Shown: positions 47,511 through 55,641, numbered from the stretch's first letter. The stretch: DNA of 64,000 nt from Patescibacteria group bacterium (GCA_040389365.1 JAZKAB010000009.1:44816-108815), one strand, 5' to 3'. Numbers and translations are program-made. The notes: a model not told the origin generated them from the letters alone.

Positions 47511-47672
47511 ATGACCCTAAAGACACCAGTAAAAGAAATATCGGAAAAGCTTGGCGTCAGCACCCAGGCTGTTTACCTGTGGAAGGCCGGCAAGTCTTTG
47601 CCTTCTTCCAAGAACCTGCTAAAGCTTGCGGAAATGGAAGGAACGACAGTGGACAGCCTTCTAAATAGCTAG
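47511..47672 (+). CDS. Cro/XRE-like helix-turn-helix regulator (53 aa)
   Basis: MTLKTPVKEISEKLGVSTQAVYLWKAGKSLPSSKNLLKLAEMEG is a classic Cro/CI-type HTH. It is not in the ORF track because it is shorter than 60 aa. Confidence 0.5.
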   Translation: MTLKTPVKEISEKLGVSTQAVYLWKAGKSLPSSKNLLKLAEMEGTTVDSLLNS

Positions 47673-47682
47673 CCTCTCAAGT

Positions 47683-49143
47683 GTGTACACTTTGTACATG
47701 CTTATATTAGACATTTTCGATCGCTTCTTCGGAAGAAATGGCCAGCAGGTTATAGACCCCGAGGCAGTATCAGTAAAAAAGTACCCGCTCAGCGCCCATC
47801 TCAACGATCCCGACTCCCGCGACGTTTCCTATCCGTTCGTTGCCGGATCGATCGCGCCTTCGTTTCCAGCGCAATACAATACGGACGTATCTCACATGAC
47901 CCGTCTATGGCAGGGATATTTGGGTACCTGCGTGGCGCACTGCTACGAATTCATCAAGCGGCTTCTTGATTTCAATGAGACTGGTGCCGAGACAATATAT
48001 TCCCGCCGCTTTCTCTATGTTCTAACCCGTCGCTTCACGAATGCGGTGAATACCGACTCTGAGCAGAACCAGGGGCTTTCTCCTCGTGATGCTGCAAAGA
48101 TACTCGCTACGGCAGGAATTGCTAAGGATAGCGGCCAGGATGACAACAGTCTTCCTCATAGTGCTTACGTGAACAGTTATGTTGTTACTGATGCCATGAG
48201 AAGCGAGGCGGCACTTTACCGATCCGGAGGATTCGCGTTTCCTATCATCGACTCCAGCGTCCTAAAGAAGGCGATCATGCAGAACAAGGCGGTAGGAGTG
48301 ACTATCGGGATAGACTGGTCCAAAGTCTCGCCTGACGGCACCGTGCGCCCTCCTGCGGTCCTTGCAGGCTTCCATGAGGTTGCCCTGTACGGATGGGAGA
48401 CTGTCAGCGGAAAGGAGCGCTTCATCGCCCGAAACTGGTGGCCAGAATTGCCAAACCTTTACATAAACAGCGAAGACATTGAAAAGGTAGTATACGACTC
48501 GATCGTCTTTACGGACATTCCGAACGATCTTCTTTTGCGAGCAAAGCAGCGGCAGTACGTGTTCCTCACCGATCTCAAGCAGGGAATAGTGAGCGACGCG
48601 GTAGTCCAGCTGCAGAAGTGCCTGAAAGAATACGGCCTTTTCTCGGCGGCATTCAGCAGGTCTTTCGGCCCCGCTACGCTGCAGGCAGTGAAGGATTTCC
48701 AGAAACTGAAAGGCCTGACAGCTGACGGCGCATTAGGGCCGAAGAGTCGCGCCGCTCTCAACGAGTCGGCAGGGAATACGCTTTCAAAGTCAAGGCTCGA
48801 CTTGTGGTGCGAGGCGGCGAAGAATATGGACGGGGCAAAGTCCTATCTCAACAATCCTGGCAATATCCGCTGCAACGCGATAATGAACAAGAACGCGATA
48901 AGCGTAAGCAACAACGGCTTCTGCATGTTCCCTACATACGAGGCAGGGTACAAGGCCCTGCGCGATATGTTTATCCGAGCAGCTACCATAGGCACTGCAA
49001 ACTATCAGCCGACAATGACCCTGTATCAGTTCTATGCGAAATATGCTCCTTCTAACGACGGCAACGATCCGAACCATTATGCCGAATATGTGGCGACCCA
49101 TATTGGAGTATCACCTAGCACGATGATCAAGGATCTGGTATAA
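47683..49143 (+). CDS. putative endolysin: papain-like cysteine peptidase + PG_binding_1 peptidoglycan-binding domain + unknown C-terminal domain
   Basis: WQGYLGTCVAHCYEF (Q...C) and GFHEVALYGWE (His strand) match the papain pattern. DAVVQLQKCLKEYGLFSAAFSRSFGPATLQAVKDFQKLKGLTADGALGPKSRAAL is a PG_binding_1 repeat. Confidence 0.55.
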   Translation: MYTLYMLILDIFDRFFGRNGQQVIDPEAVSVKKYPLSAHLNDPDSRDVSYPFVAGSIAPSFPAQYNTDVSHMTRLWQGYLGTCVAHCYEFIKRLLDFNETGAETIYSRRFLYVLTRRFTNAVNTDSEQNQGLSPRDAAKILATAGIAKDSGQDDNSLPHSAYVNSYVVTDAMRSEAALYRSGGFAFPIIDSSVLKKAIMQNKAVGVTIGIDWSKVSPDGTVRPPAVLAGFHEVALYGWETVSGKERFIARNWWPELPNLYINSEDIEKVVYDSIVFTDIPNDLLLRAKQRQYVFLTDLKQGIVSDAVVQLQKCLKEYGLFSAAFSRSFGPATLQAVKDFQKLKGLTADGALGPKSRAALNESAGNTLSKSRLDLWCEAAKNMDGAKSYLNNPGNIRCNAIMNKNAISVSNNGFCMFPTYEAGYKALRDMFIRAATIGTANYQPTMTLYQFYAKYAPSNDGNDPNHYAEYVATHIGVSPSTMIKDLV

Positions 49144-49334
49144 GATCCATAATACCCAGATAGTATATAAAAAAGCCTTATTTTCTGGTGACTTATCCAC
49201 AGGTATTGCACATTTCTGCAAAATAAGTAGTATACTGTGTGTATTAAAAGTAAGGTGTCCGCCCATAGAAAAAGCCCTCAAACGCGTTAATGAGAGCTTA
49301 ATCTAGGTTTAATGCAAAATAAAGAAAGTCTAGC

Positions 49335-49365
49335 CCTCAGTTTTAAAACTGAGGTTTTCTTATTT
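49335..49365. terminator. bidirectional terminator (perfect palindrome cctcagttttaaaactgagg followed by a T-run)
   Basis: A 20-nt perfect palindrome is followed by ttttcttattt. Confidence 0.55.
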
Positions 49366-49388
49366 CCACTTGGAACCTCTGAATGTTA

Positions 49389-49544
49389 TTACTTGCACAT
49401 GCCGTGTTCGGGGCAGAATGGTGGCCAGCTACGGAGACCGTAAAGGCGGGCATTCTTGCACACACCATTTGGACAGATCACTGTACGGAACAGCATCTTT
49501 TTGCCACAAACGGGACACAGACACGGCTTTTTTGAATTTGCCAT
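49389..49544 (-). CDS. Cys-rich 51-aa protein (MANSKKPCLCPVCGKKMLFRTVICPNGVCKNARLYGLRSWPPFCPEHGMCK), hypothetical
   Basis: It has eight Cys in 51 aa arranged as CxCxxC...CPxxxC. The terminator palindrome lies 35 nt downstream on the - strand. Confidence 0.3.
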   Translation of the reverse strand: MANSKKPCLCPVCGKKMLFRTVICPNGVCKNARLYGLRSWPPFCPEHGMCK

Positions 49545-49654
49545 ATTTGGTTGTAGTGTTCGATAGTTTGGTTAAGAGGTCGATCCCTCTCCCGCATGCC
49601 TGAAATTTCTGAAGCAATGGCTGGGTAACTAACAACTGTTGATAGTGGGAGTGA

Positions 49655-49815
49655 TGTAGTGAGAAACAAAAATGTCCTGCACTACGTTCTATAGGTTGCG
49701 GCGGCCAAACAAAGAATTTGTTTGAACATCTACAATTGTAGGTATTCAAGTGATGCGAATCACCTTTCAACCTACAGAACGTAAAGCAGGACATGCTGCT
49801 TTGTTTGACTCTCTC
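49655..49815. promoter_or_regulatory. extended imperfect palindromic element downstream of the integrase gene (candidate att / recombinase-binding region or ncRNA)
   Basis: Long inverted repeats are tcctgcactacgttctataggttg (49674) against caacctacagaacgtaaagcagga (49767), and gagaaacaaaaatgtcctgc against gcaggacatgctgctttgtttgac. Central mini-palindromes are ctacaattgtag and gtgatgcgaatcac. Confidence 0.35.
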
Positions 49816-49884
49816 GTGCATCACTACGAGTTAATTTTTTAAAACTGATCCCATTATAGCATATTTTTATGTAAAAGTTAAATC

Positions 49885-50715
49885 CTAAATGTATTTTTTA
49901 GCCAGTCGCTTGAACTCGTCCGGCAGTAGGGATGTATACATTTGAGTCGATATGATGGTCCGGTGCCTCAGCACTTCCTTGATGTCATTGAGGTGTGCCC
50001 CGTCCTTGAGCATCTTGTGCGCTTTCCCGTGCCTGAACATGTGCGGATGGACATTGTGACCTATTCCGGCATTCGTCGCTACTGAGGCGACCCAGCGCTC
50101 TACAGAGCGGGTAGTGATGCGCTCGCCCTTGCGGTTCGTGAACAGCGCGGGGTGCTCGTCAAGGCAAAGCTTGGTCCCTATGTACCGCATCAAGAGCTTG
50201 TGAGATTTTCCGCTCCACATGATCCAATCCATATGCCTGTTTTTCTTGGTGACGATCTTGGCGAAGTGGCGAGTGTTCTTTATATCGAGCACGTCCAGGT
50301 CGCACAATTCAGATACTCGTATGCCCGTACTCCACAATAGGTTGATGACAAGCTTCTTCTGCAGGGAATAGTACTCCCATTCGCTCAGCGACTTGTCCAT
50401 CATCCTGAACTCCTGCTCCGTAATGAAAGAGACGGGCTCAGGGGTAAATTTTGGCCGCTTGATCAGCTTCGGGTTTACCTCGGTGCGGTAGTATGAAAAG
50501 AAGTCTTTCAGTATGTTTACATAATAGACTATGGTTCTCGGCTTGAACGGGAGGGAAGCGATGAAGCTGGTAACGTCGCTTTGCGCTATCTTTGTCATCT
50601 CCTTTGAGCAGTGCTTCTCGAATGCTGCCAAGCACGGCGCATAGGAAATAGAGGCGGGAACCGCGTAGCTCCTTTTCCAATCCAGATATTCAGTTATTGC
50701 TCTTGATATATGCAT
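49885..50715 (-). CDS. tyrosine recombinase / phage integrase (XerD-like)
   Basis: It has the C-terminal catalytic motifs HMFRHGKAHKML...LRHRTIISTQMYT (R-H-R-Y). The ORF is open to 50814, and the start at MHISRAITEY is preferred. Confidence 0.75.
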   Translation of the reverse strand: MHISRAITEYLDWKRSYAVPASISYAPCLAAFEKHCSKEMTKIAQSDVTSFIASLPFKPRTIVYYVNILKDFFSYYRTEVNPKLIKRPKFTPEPVSFITEQEFRMMDKSLSEWEYYSLQKKLVINLLWSTGIRVSELCDLDVLDIKNTRHFAKIVTKKNRHMDWIMWSGKSHKLLMRYIGTKLCLDEHPALFTNRKGERITTRSVERWVASVATNAGIGHNVHPHMFRHGKAHKMLKDGAHLNDIKEVLRHRTIISTQMYTSLLPDEFKRLAKKYI

Positions 50716-50943
50716 AAAACACAAAACCGCGGGGAAAAACCGCGGTTCGTGCTGTTGCAACATAGCCCAAAAGAGGGCCACGATCAGTATAGCAAAATCC
50801 ATTGTTTTCCCCATACCCTTGCGGGCACGTCCTTTGCAGGCAACGGCGTTATTCGGTTATGTTCGCATATTAACCTTATATTAGATTATGTCAAGTAGGG
50901 AAGCATCTTAATACTTTTATGCTCAAGTTCTATACTTTTAAAC

Positions 50944-51156
50944 ATGAACACATATTCAGCAACTCAACAGTCAAACCTGGTGGCGATCGCGGGAGTAATA
51001 GCCCTCATTCTCAACCACTTCCATATCAACATCGGCAGCGATGACATCATGCTCCTGCTCGGCTCAGGCCTTGCGGTAATCGGCGTCGTTACTAACTGGG
51101 TGCACAGATACCAGAAAGGCGACCTTACTCTCGGAGGATTTAGAAAAGGGTACTAG
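50944..51156 (+). CDS. small membrane protein
   Basis: A 70-aa product with two TM helices. Confidence 0.35.
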   Translation: MNTYSATQQSNLVAIAGVIALILNHFHINIGSDDIMLLLGSGLAVIGVVTNWVHRYQKGDLTLGGFRKGY

Positions 51157-51164
51157 TCACTTAC

Positions 51165-51234
51165 TGCGGTTTAGTATAATGGTAGTACGCCGGGCTCATA
51201 TCCCGGAAGCGCTGTTCGATTCAGTCATCCGCAA
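51165..51234 (+). tRNA. tRNA-Met (anticodon CAU)-like, with two stem mismatches and a short variable region
   Basis: The fold has D-loop AATGGTA, anticodon stem CCGGG/CCCGG with three G:C pairs, loop CTCATAT and T-loop TTCGATT. Mismatches occur at 6:67 (T-T) and 49:65 (C-C), and the length is 70 nt. Confidence 0.5.
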
Positions 51235-51240
51235 CAATAA

Positions 51241-51268
51241 GAAAGCCCCTTTATAAAGGGGCTTTTGC
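51241..51268 (+). terminator. hairpin terminator after the tRNA (aaagccccttt-ata-aaggggcttt)
   Basis: An 11-bp stem is followed by ttgcc. Confidence 0.5.
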
Positions 51269-51403
51269 CTAGGCGGCTTGCGTTCCATCGATCGTTCGAT
51301 GAACTGTCTTTAATTTCTTTTTGTTGCTTGTGATCCTTACGAACCAGATGAAGATGGTGAAGGCTCCGAGAATGATGATTCCGATGATTACATATGGTCC
51401 CAT
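51269..51403 (-). CDS. 44-aa single-TM peptide, hypothetical
   Basis: MGPYVIIGIIILGAFTIFIWFVRITSNKKKLKTVHRTIDGTQAA. A hairpin follows its stop. Confidence 0.25.
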   Translation of the reverse strand: MGPYVIIGIIILGAFTIFIWFVRITSNKKKLKTVHRTIDGTQAA

Positions 51404-51932
51404 AGCTGACTGTTTTGTTAAGTCTACATCTTAAGAGCAGGAGTTATTAACATGTTCTTGCAAGTAATACTTGCACGCAATTTCAGGTGGTATATACTTA
51501 AGGAGGTTCGATAAAAACTTTATAGAAAGTCATACAAAAATCTTCCTCCAGTACGGGAAACGGCCGGGGATAAGTGGTGTATAAATCGGGATCTGAATGT
51601 TAACAACTTTTCGACGATAAAAAGTTACGGGGAGTTGTTATATTTTTATCCACAGTAACGTCGCACAATATATCTTTCGCGTCGTCTATATTCATTTTCA
51701 GCTATACTCTGTGTATGGCGCTGAATATCTACGCTGCAAATACTGGCATGTCGCATTCAATCGGTAGTCTCTAAACTCTTGGCTGTCATATCTAAAAGAT
51801 ATTGAACTTAGCATAAACGGCTGAGACGTCAGCTATGATTATGCGGAGCTGGAGGCTACCGAGTGAATGCAGACATATTGTCTTCTTTAAGATAATTCAG
51901 GGGAGACGCACTTCCCTTTCCTGTATAGTATT

Positions 51933-52301
51933 TTAAAACTCTCTTTTCTCGAAAGAAACGGCATGATTTACAATTTGGCCAGTGAACCACTGGCTATAAA
52001 AACAAAGGCGGATTGTAATTATTAAGTCTAGGATGTAAAGGGAAACCTTGCCATTCTGTGGAAATGAGCTGATCTGAAACAATACTGACAATACGATAGT
52101 AATTACTATAACTGTAAAATTGATAATTATTTTTCTACTATTTTCCCCTCGTGTAATTTTCAATGTAACTTCACCGCTCTTACTTTTGTGATCTTTCCAT
52201 CTTGAATACAAAAATAAGGTCACTATAATTATTTGTAAGATTATAAACCATAGCATATCACTTTGAATGAGAGTTGTTAGTTTGATTATGCAAATATTCA
52301 T
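51933..52301 (-). CDS. membrane protein, hypothetical (distal gene of the R-M operon)
   Basis: A 122-aa product with three TM helices. The DNA here is AT-rich. Confidence 0.35.
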   Translation of the reverse strand: MNICIIKLTTLIQSDMLWFIILQIIIVTLFLYSRWKDHKSKSGEVTLKITRGENSRKIIINFTVIVITIVLSVLFQISSFPQNGKVSLYILDLIITIRLCFYSQWFTGQIVNHAVSFEKREF

Positions 52302-52316
52302 ATTAATTAGTTATTA

Positions 52317-53576
52317 TTATATAGGCTCAACTATATCCATGGTTTTTAGATCAGGTTTTTTTTCAAGCATAGCGATTAAACATTTTCCTATATGATATCC
52401 AAGATTTACGGGAACTGCATTTCCGATTTGCTTATATTGAGATGATGTTGAACCTTGAAAATCCCAATTGTCAGGGAACGACTGTATACGCGCATATTCA
52501 CGAACCGTAAGAGGACGAGTTTCTTCTGGGTGACATCTTTCCGTTTGCTTTTGAGCGGGCGCACAGGTTAAAGTCAAACTTGGTTCATCCCAAGATAGCC
52601 TTCGTGCCATTCCTGTCTTGCCTCCTCCTAAATAAAAGCTTCCTTGCATATATTCTTTCTGAAGATCTATTGGAAGATCTCTCCAGTATCCCCCTTGTGG
52701 GATCAGGCTCAATATTTCCTTCTTTCTTTTAGGATATTGTTGCCCTGCTGATATTGGTACATTTTGCAAAGCCTCTCTTAAGCTAACTGTGTAATCTTGT
52801 TCTTTTGGAAAAAGTATAGGTAGGTCTAGGTCGTTGCGCACCCCTAAAATTACCAATCTTTCGCGTTTTTGTGCAACATCTAAGTATTGTGATCTAAGTA
52901 CTTTATAGGCAACTTTATATCCTAGCTCCTTTAGAACAGAGATAATTACCGGCAATGTTTTTCCTTCATCATGAGTCAATAAGCCTTTAACATTTTCACC
53001 CATAAAAATTTTAGGGCGTATTTCTTTTACACATCTTGCGAGTTCGAAAAACAACGTTCCGCGAGCGTCATTAAACCCCATTTTTTTCCCAGCTTCACTA
53101 AAAGCTTGGCAAGGAAACCCACCTTCAACAATATCTGCCTTATATCCGCTGAAATCAAAATCTCTTACATCGGCTCTAACCGCATTCCATTCCGGATGGT
53201 TCTTGTTTAGTGTAGAAACAGAATCCTTATCCAAATCAACCAGCAATGCATGCTTTAAACCAGCATTTTCAAAACCGAGTGCTGTTCCACCTGCACCTGC
53301 AAAAAGTTCCACCACCGTATAGCCGGTTTTTTTATTTGACTTAAGTACTTTGAATTTATTCCCATTGCTTTTTCCTGCAATTTTTTCCTGCAATTTTTTA
53401 ATTTCAGAAAAACTAAAAAGCCTATGATTTTGATCAGATCGAGTAGCTTTAATTAACCCTTTTTTTTCCCACCTTCTAATAGTATCGGTTGAAACGTCTA
53501 TTGCTTCTGCTGCCTCATGAACATTTAATAGCTTATCCATGGCTATAGTATATATTAGTACCCTTGCTATATGCAA
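52317..53576 (-). CDS. DNA (cytosine-5)-methyltransferase with an N-terminal helix-turn-helix domain
   Basis: It has motif I (ELFAGAGGTALGFENAG), motif IV (GGFPCQAFS), ENV, and an N-terminal HTH (LNVHEAAEAIDVSTDTIRRWEKKGLI). Confidence 0.8.
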   Translation of the reverse strand: MHIARVLIYTIAMDKLLNVHEAAEAIDVSTDTIRRWEKKGLIKATRSDQNHRLFSFSEIKKLQEKIAGKSNGNKFKVLKSNKKTGYTVVELFAGAGGTALGFENAGLKHALLVDLDKDSVSTLNKNHPEWNAVRADVRDFDFSGYKADIVEGGFPCQAFSEAGKKMGFNDARGTLFFELARCVKEIRPKIFMGENVKGLLTHDEGKTLPVIISVLKELGYKVAYKVLRSQYLDVAQKRERLVILGVRNDLDLPILFPKEQDYTVSLREALQNVPISAGQQYPKRKKEILSLIPQGGYWRDLPIDLQKEYMQGSFYLGGGKTGMARRLSWDEPSLTLTCAPAQKQTERCHPEETRPLTVREYARIQSFPDNWDFQGSTSSQYKQIGNAVPVNLGYHIGKCLIAMLEKKPDLKTMDIVEPI

Positions 53577-53581
53577 GGGTA

Positions 53582-54298
53582 CTAATATATTTTATCAAAT
53601 AATGCTTTGTAGGAATCAGATTTAATTAATTGGGTTGGCGATTTCTTCAGCGCAATGCATGTAATTAATATTAAATTCATATAAATTTTTTCCAAAGCAT
53701 TTGGGTCTCCCGTAGCTAGTTCATAAAAGCTTTTCCCATCAATAACCCTTATCTTTTCATTTATTGGACGCCTAGATTTTGAATTATTATCTGAAGGAGT
53801 AAAAGAATTATTATAAACTTTTTTATTTTTAGGTATTATTTCAACATAATATCCTATATATCCTTCATATGTAGTATTTAGTAAACCATTGAGATTGTCG
53901 TAAATAGCAGTTTTATGATTACCTTTAGTTGTATTATGCTTATTCTTAACCTCAGCTATTATTTTCTTTTTAGTATTCTTAACATCTATTATCTTCCCTG
54001 TCCCAAGGTTTTCCCAGCCCTTAAATGAGCCAATAACATTTTGGTGAAACTCACCTAGTGCATTCTGAAGGCTTTTTTGAATTTGACGTGCTTTTTCTTG
54101 TTCAATCCAATCGGAAATTGAAATGTTTTTTAAAAGGCTTTCGAATAAGGCAGAAAATGGGTCAACGGAGTTTTTATAGAAATCCGCATCGCTTTTTTCA
54201 AGAGATCTTTTAGCAACTGAAATAACCGCATTTACATGTTTTGTTAAATCTTCATTCGATATAAATGGTAATTCTGGCACTATAATCTTACTGTTCAT
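53582..54298 (-). CDS. putative type II restriction endonuclease (partner of the C5 methyltransferase)
   Basis: A 238-aa AT-rich gene lies immediately upstream of the MTase gene in the same operon. It has no diagnostic motif, and the call is by context. Confidence 0.45.
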   Translation of the reverse strand: MNSKIIVPELPFISNEDLTKHVNAVISVAKRSLEKSDADFYKNSVDPFSALFESLLKNISISDWIEQEKARQIQKSLQNALGEFHQNVIGSFKGWENLGTGKIIDVKNTKKKIIAEVKNKHNTTKGNHKTAIYDNLNGLLNTTYEGYIGYYVEIIPKNKKVYNNSFTPSDNNSKSRRPINEKIRVIDGKSFYELATGDPNALEKIYMNLILITCIALKKSPTQLIKSDSYKALFDKIY

Positions 54299-54393
54299 GT
54301 TGTTATGATATCTTAATCTTGTCGAAATTACCATCTCTTAAATTAGGCTATAATTTATCTTTTCTTGATACAATACTACAACATTTTACTTCT

Positions 54394-54819
54394 ATGCCCG
54401 ATATCTTCACCCCTCAAAAAAGAAGCGAGATCATGTCGCTCATTCGCTCAAAGAATACCAAACCTGAGCTGGTATTCTTCAGGCTGCTAAGCGTCGCCTT
54501 TCATTCAAAAGGCTATCGATACCGCAAGCACTATAATTCCCTTCCTGGGCGTCCTGACGCAGTGTTTGTATCTCGAAAAATAGCACTGTTTGTTGATGGC
54601 GATTTCTGGCACGGCTATCGATTCGATCTCGCAACGACAAGGCTTGCCGAAGGATACTGGAGGGACAAGATAGTGCGCAATATGCAGCGTGATAGAGCCG
54701 TAAATAGGAAGCTTAAGAAAGCAGGCTGGACTGTCATGCGCTTCTGGGAGCATGATGTAAAGAAGCATCCTGAGAAGATTGTATTAAAGATTGAAAAGAA
54801 GCTGCAGATTTCTGAATAA
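54394..54819 (+). CDS. vsr: very short patch repair endonuclease
   Basis: It has TPQKRSEIMSLIRSKNTKPE and FVDGDFWHG, which are Vsr family signatures. It is divergent from the REase gene. Confidence 0.8.
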   Translation: MPDIFTPQKRSEIMSLIRSKNTKPELVFFRLLSVAFHSKGYRYRKHYNSLPGRPDAVFVSRKIALFVDGDFWHGYRFDLATTRLAEGYWRDKIVRNMQRDRAVNRKLKKAGWTVMRFWEHDVKKHPEKIVLKIEKKLQISE

Positions 54820-54930
54820 TGGCAAATGTTATTTTTGTGCTATGATTAGTTCGTACTTGTACTTTTGATTTTTATAGTTTTTCAGCCCCATATTTCCAGC
54901 AACGGAAGTATGGGGTTTTTCATATATGCA

Positions 54931-54957
54931 ATAAAAAAGCCGAGGTTCTCTCGGCTT
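54931..54957 (-). terminator. terminator for the - strand methyltransferase gene (aagccgag-gttct-ctcggctt plus a T-run on the - strand)
   Basis: An 8-bp stem is followed by a T6 run on the - strand. Confidence 0.5.
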
Positions 54958-54963
54958 TAACAG

Positions 54964-55641
54964 TTACTTCTTCTTTTTCCTAAAGATCATTAGGTCATGA
55001 GTACACTGCATCCATAAGCACAGCTCGCTCTTTTCCCATGTAGAGCTATGCTCAGCATAGATTTCAAGCGAGTGCTCTTCGGCTAGTTCCCTAACATACT
55101 TATCTGCATAATAATACATGTTGACGATACCGTTAACATTTTCGCATACCTGCGGCTGCTGTCCCCATTCTTGCTGCTTGTACGAGATAAGGTCAGCAAT
55201 GAAATACCCTTCAGGTTTCAGTATGCGGCTAGCCTCTGAAAAAAGATTGCCTATACTGGAGAGATATCCAACAGATAGCAGGCATGTTGCGATTTTCGTG
55301 CTTGAGTCAGGAACGGGCAATGCTTCAGAAAGTACGTTGCAGATTGCTGAATTGATCTCGTACTCATCCATTTTTGTACGGTTTAAATAGTTGATCATTT
55401 GCGCAGATCCGTCTATCGCAAAACCTTTTTTCATTCCCAGGCGCTTAAGAAAGCACATAAGTGAAATTCCGGGGCCTGATGCAATATCGACCAGAGTATC
55501 GTCAGCAAATACCTCGGTGTCCAGCTCGCTGCAGACAAAGTCGGCTAGCTGCTCATGCACTATGAATCGTGCATCTTCAGAAAAGCTTTCGATAAAAGAC
55601 TCAATATCGACTTCGTATTGATAATAATGCAATGCTTCCAT
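54964..55641 (-). CDS. class I SAM-dependent methyltransferase
   Basis: It has a motif I-like segment (LVDIASGPGISLMCF) and the distal ILKPEGYFIADL motif. Confidence 0.6.
   Translation of the reverse strand: MEALHYYQYEVDIESFIESFSEDARFIVHEQLADFVCSELDTEVFADDTLVDIASGPGISLMCFLKRLGMKKGFAIDGSAQMINYLNRTKMDEYEINSAICNVLSEALPVPDSSTKIATCLLSVGYLSSIGNLFSEASRILKPEGYFIADLISYKQQEWGQQPQVCENVNGIVNMYYYADKYVRELAEEHSLEIYAEHSSTWEKSELCLWMQCTHDLMIFRKKKK

Larger units (their letters stand above)
15330..51670. mobile_element. integrated phage-like element (prophage) of about 36 kb; boundaries approximate
   Basis: Between chromosomal housekeeping genes lies a contiguous set of phage genes: an HNH nuclease, TerS, TerL, a putative portal, scaffold, putative major capsid, tailspike and fibres, a lysin, a Cro-like protein, a tyrosine integrase and a tRNA-Met-like gene. 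AT-rich non-coding DNA bounds the block on both sides. A 14-nt direct repeat (taacgtcgcacaat) sits at 15389 and 51656. Confidence 0.6.

Noticed and set aside
50710-50898. ORF 50710..50898 (+) and the N-terminal 33 codons of the integrase ORF (MGKTMDFAILIV...)
   Set aside because: The plus-strand ORF overlaps the integrase start region and the promoter. The integrase N-extension is hydrophobic and junk-like. The true start was taken at MHISRAITEY (50715).
51485-51545. Shine-Dalgarno-like inverted pair (AAGGAGG ... CCTCC) with an 11-codon mini-ORF (MTFYKVFIEPP) on the minus strand
   Set aside because: There is no canonical start after the plus-strand SD, and the minus-strand ORF is only 11 codons. 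This could be a leader peptide, but the evidence is insufficient.
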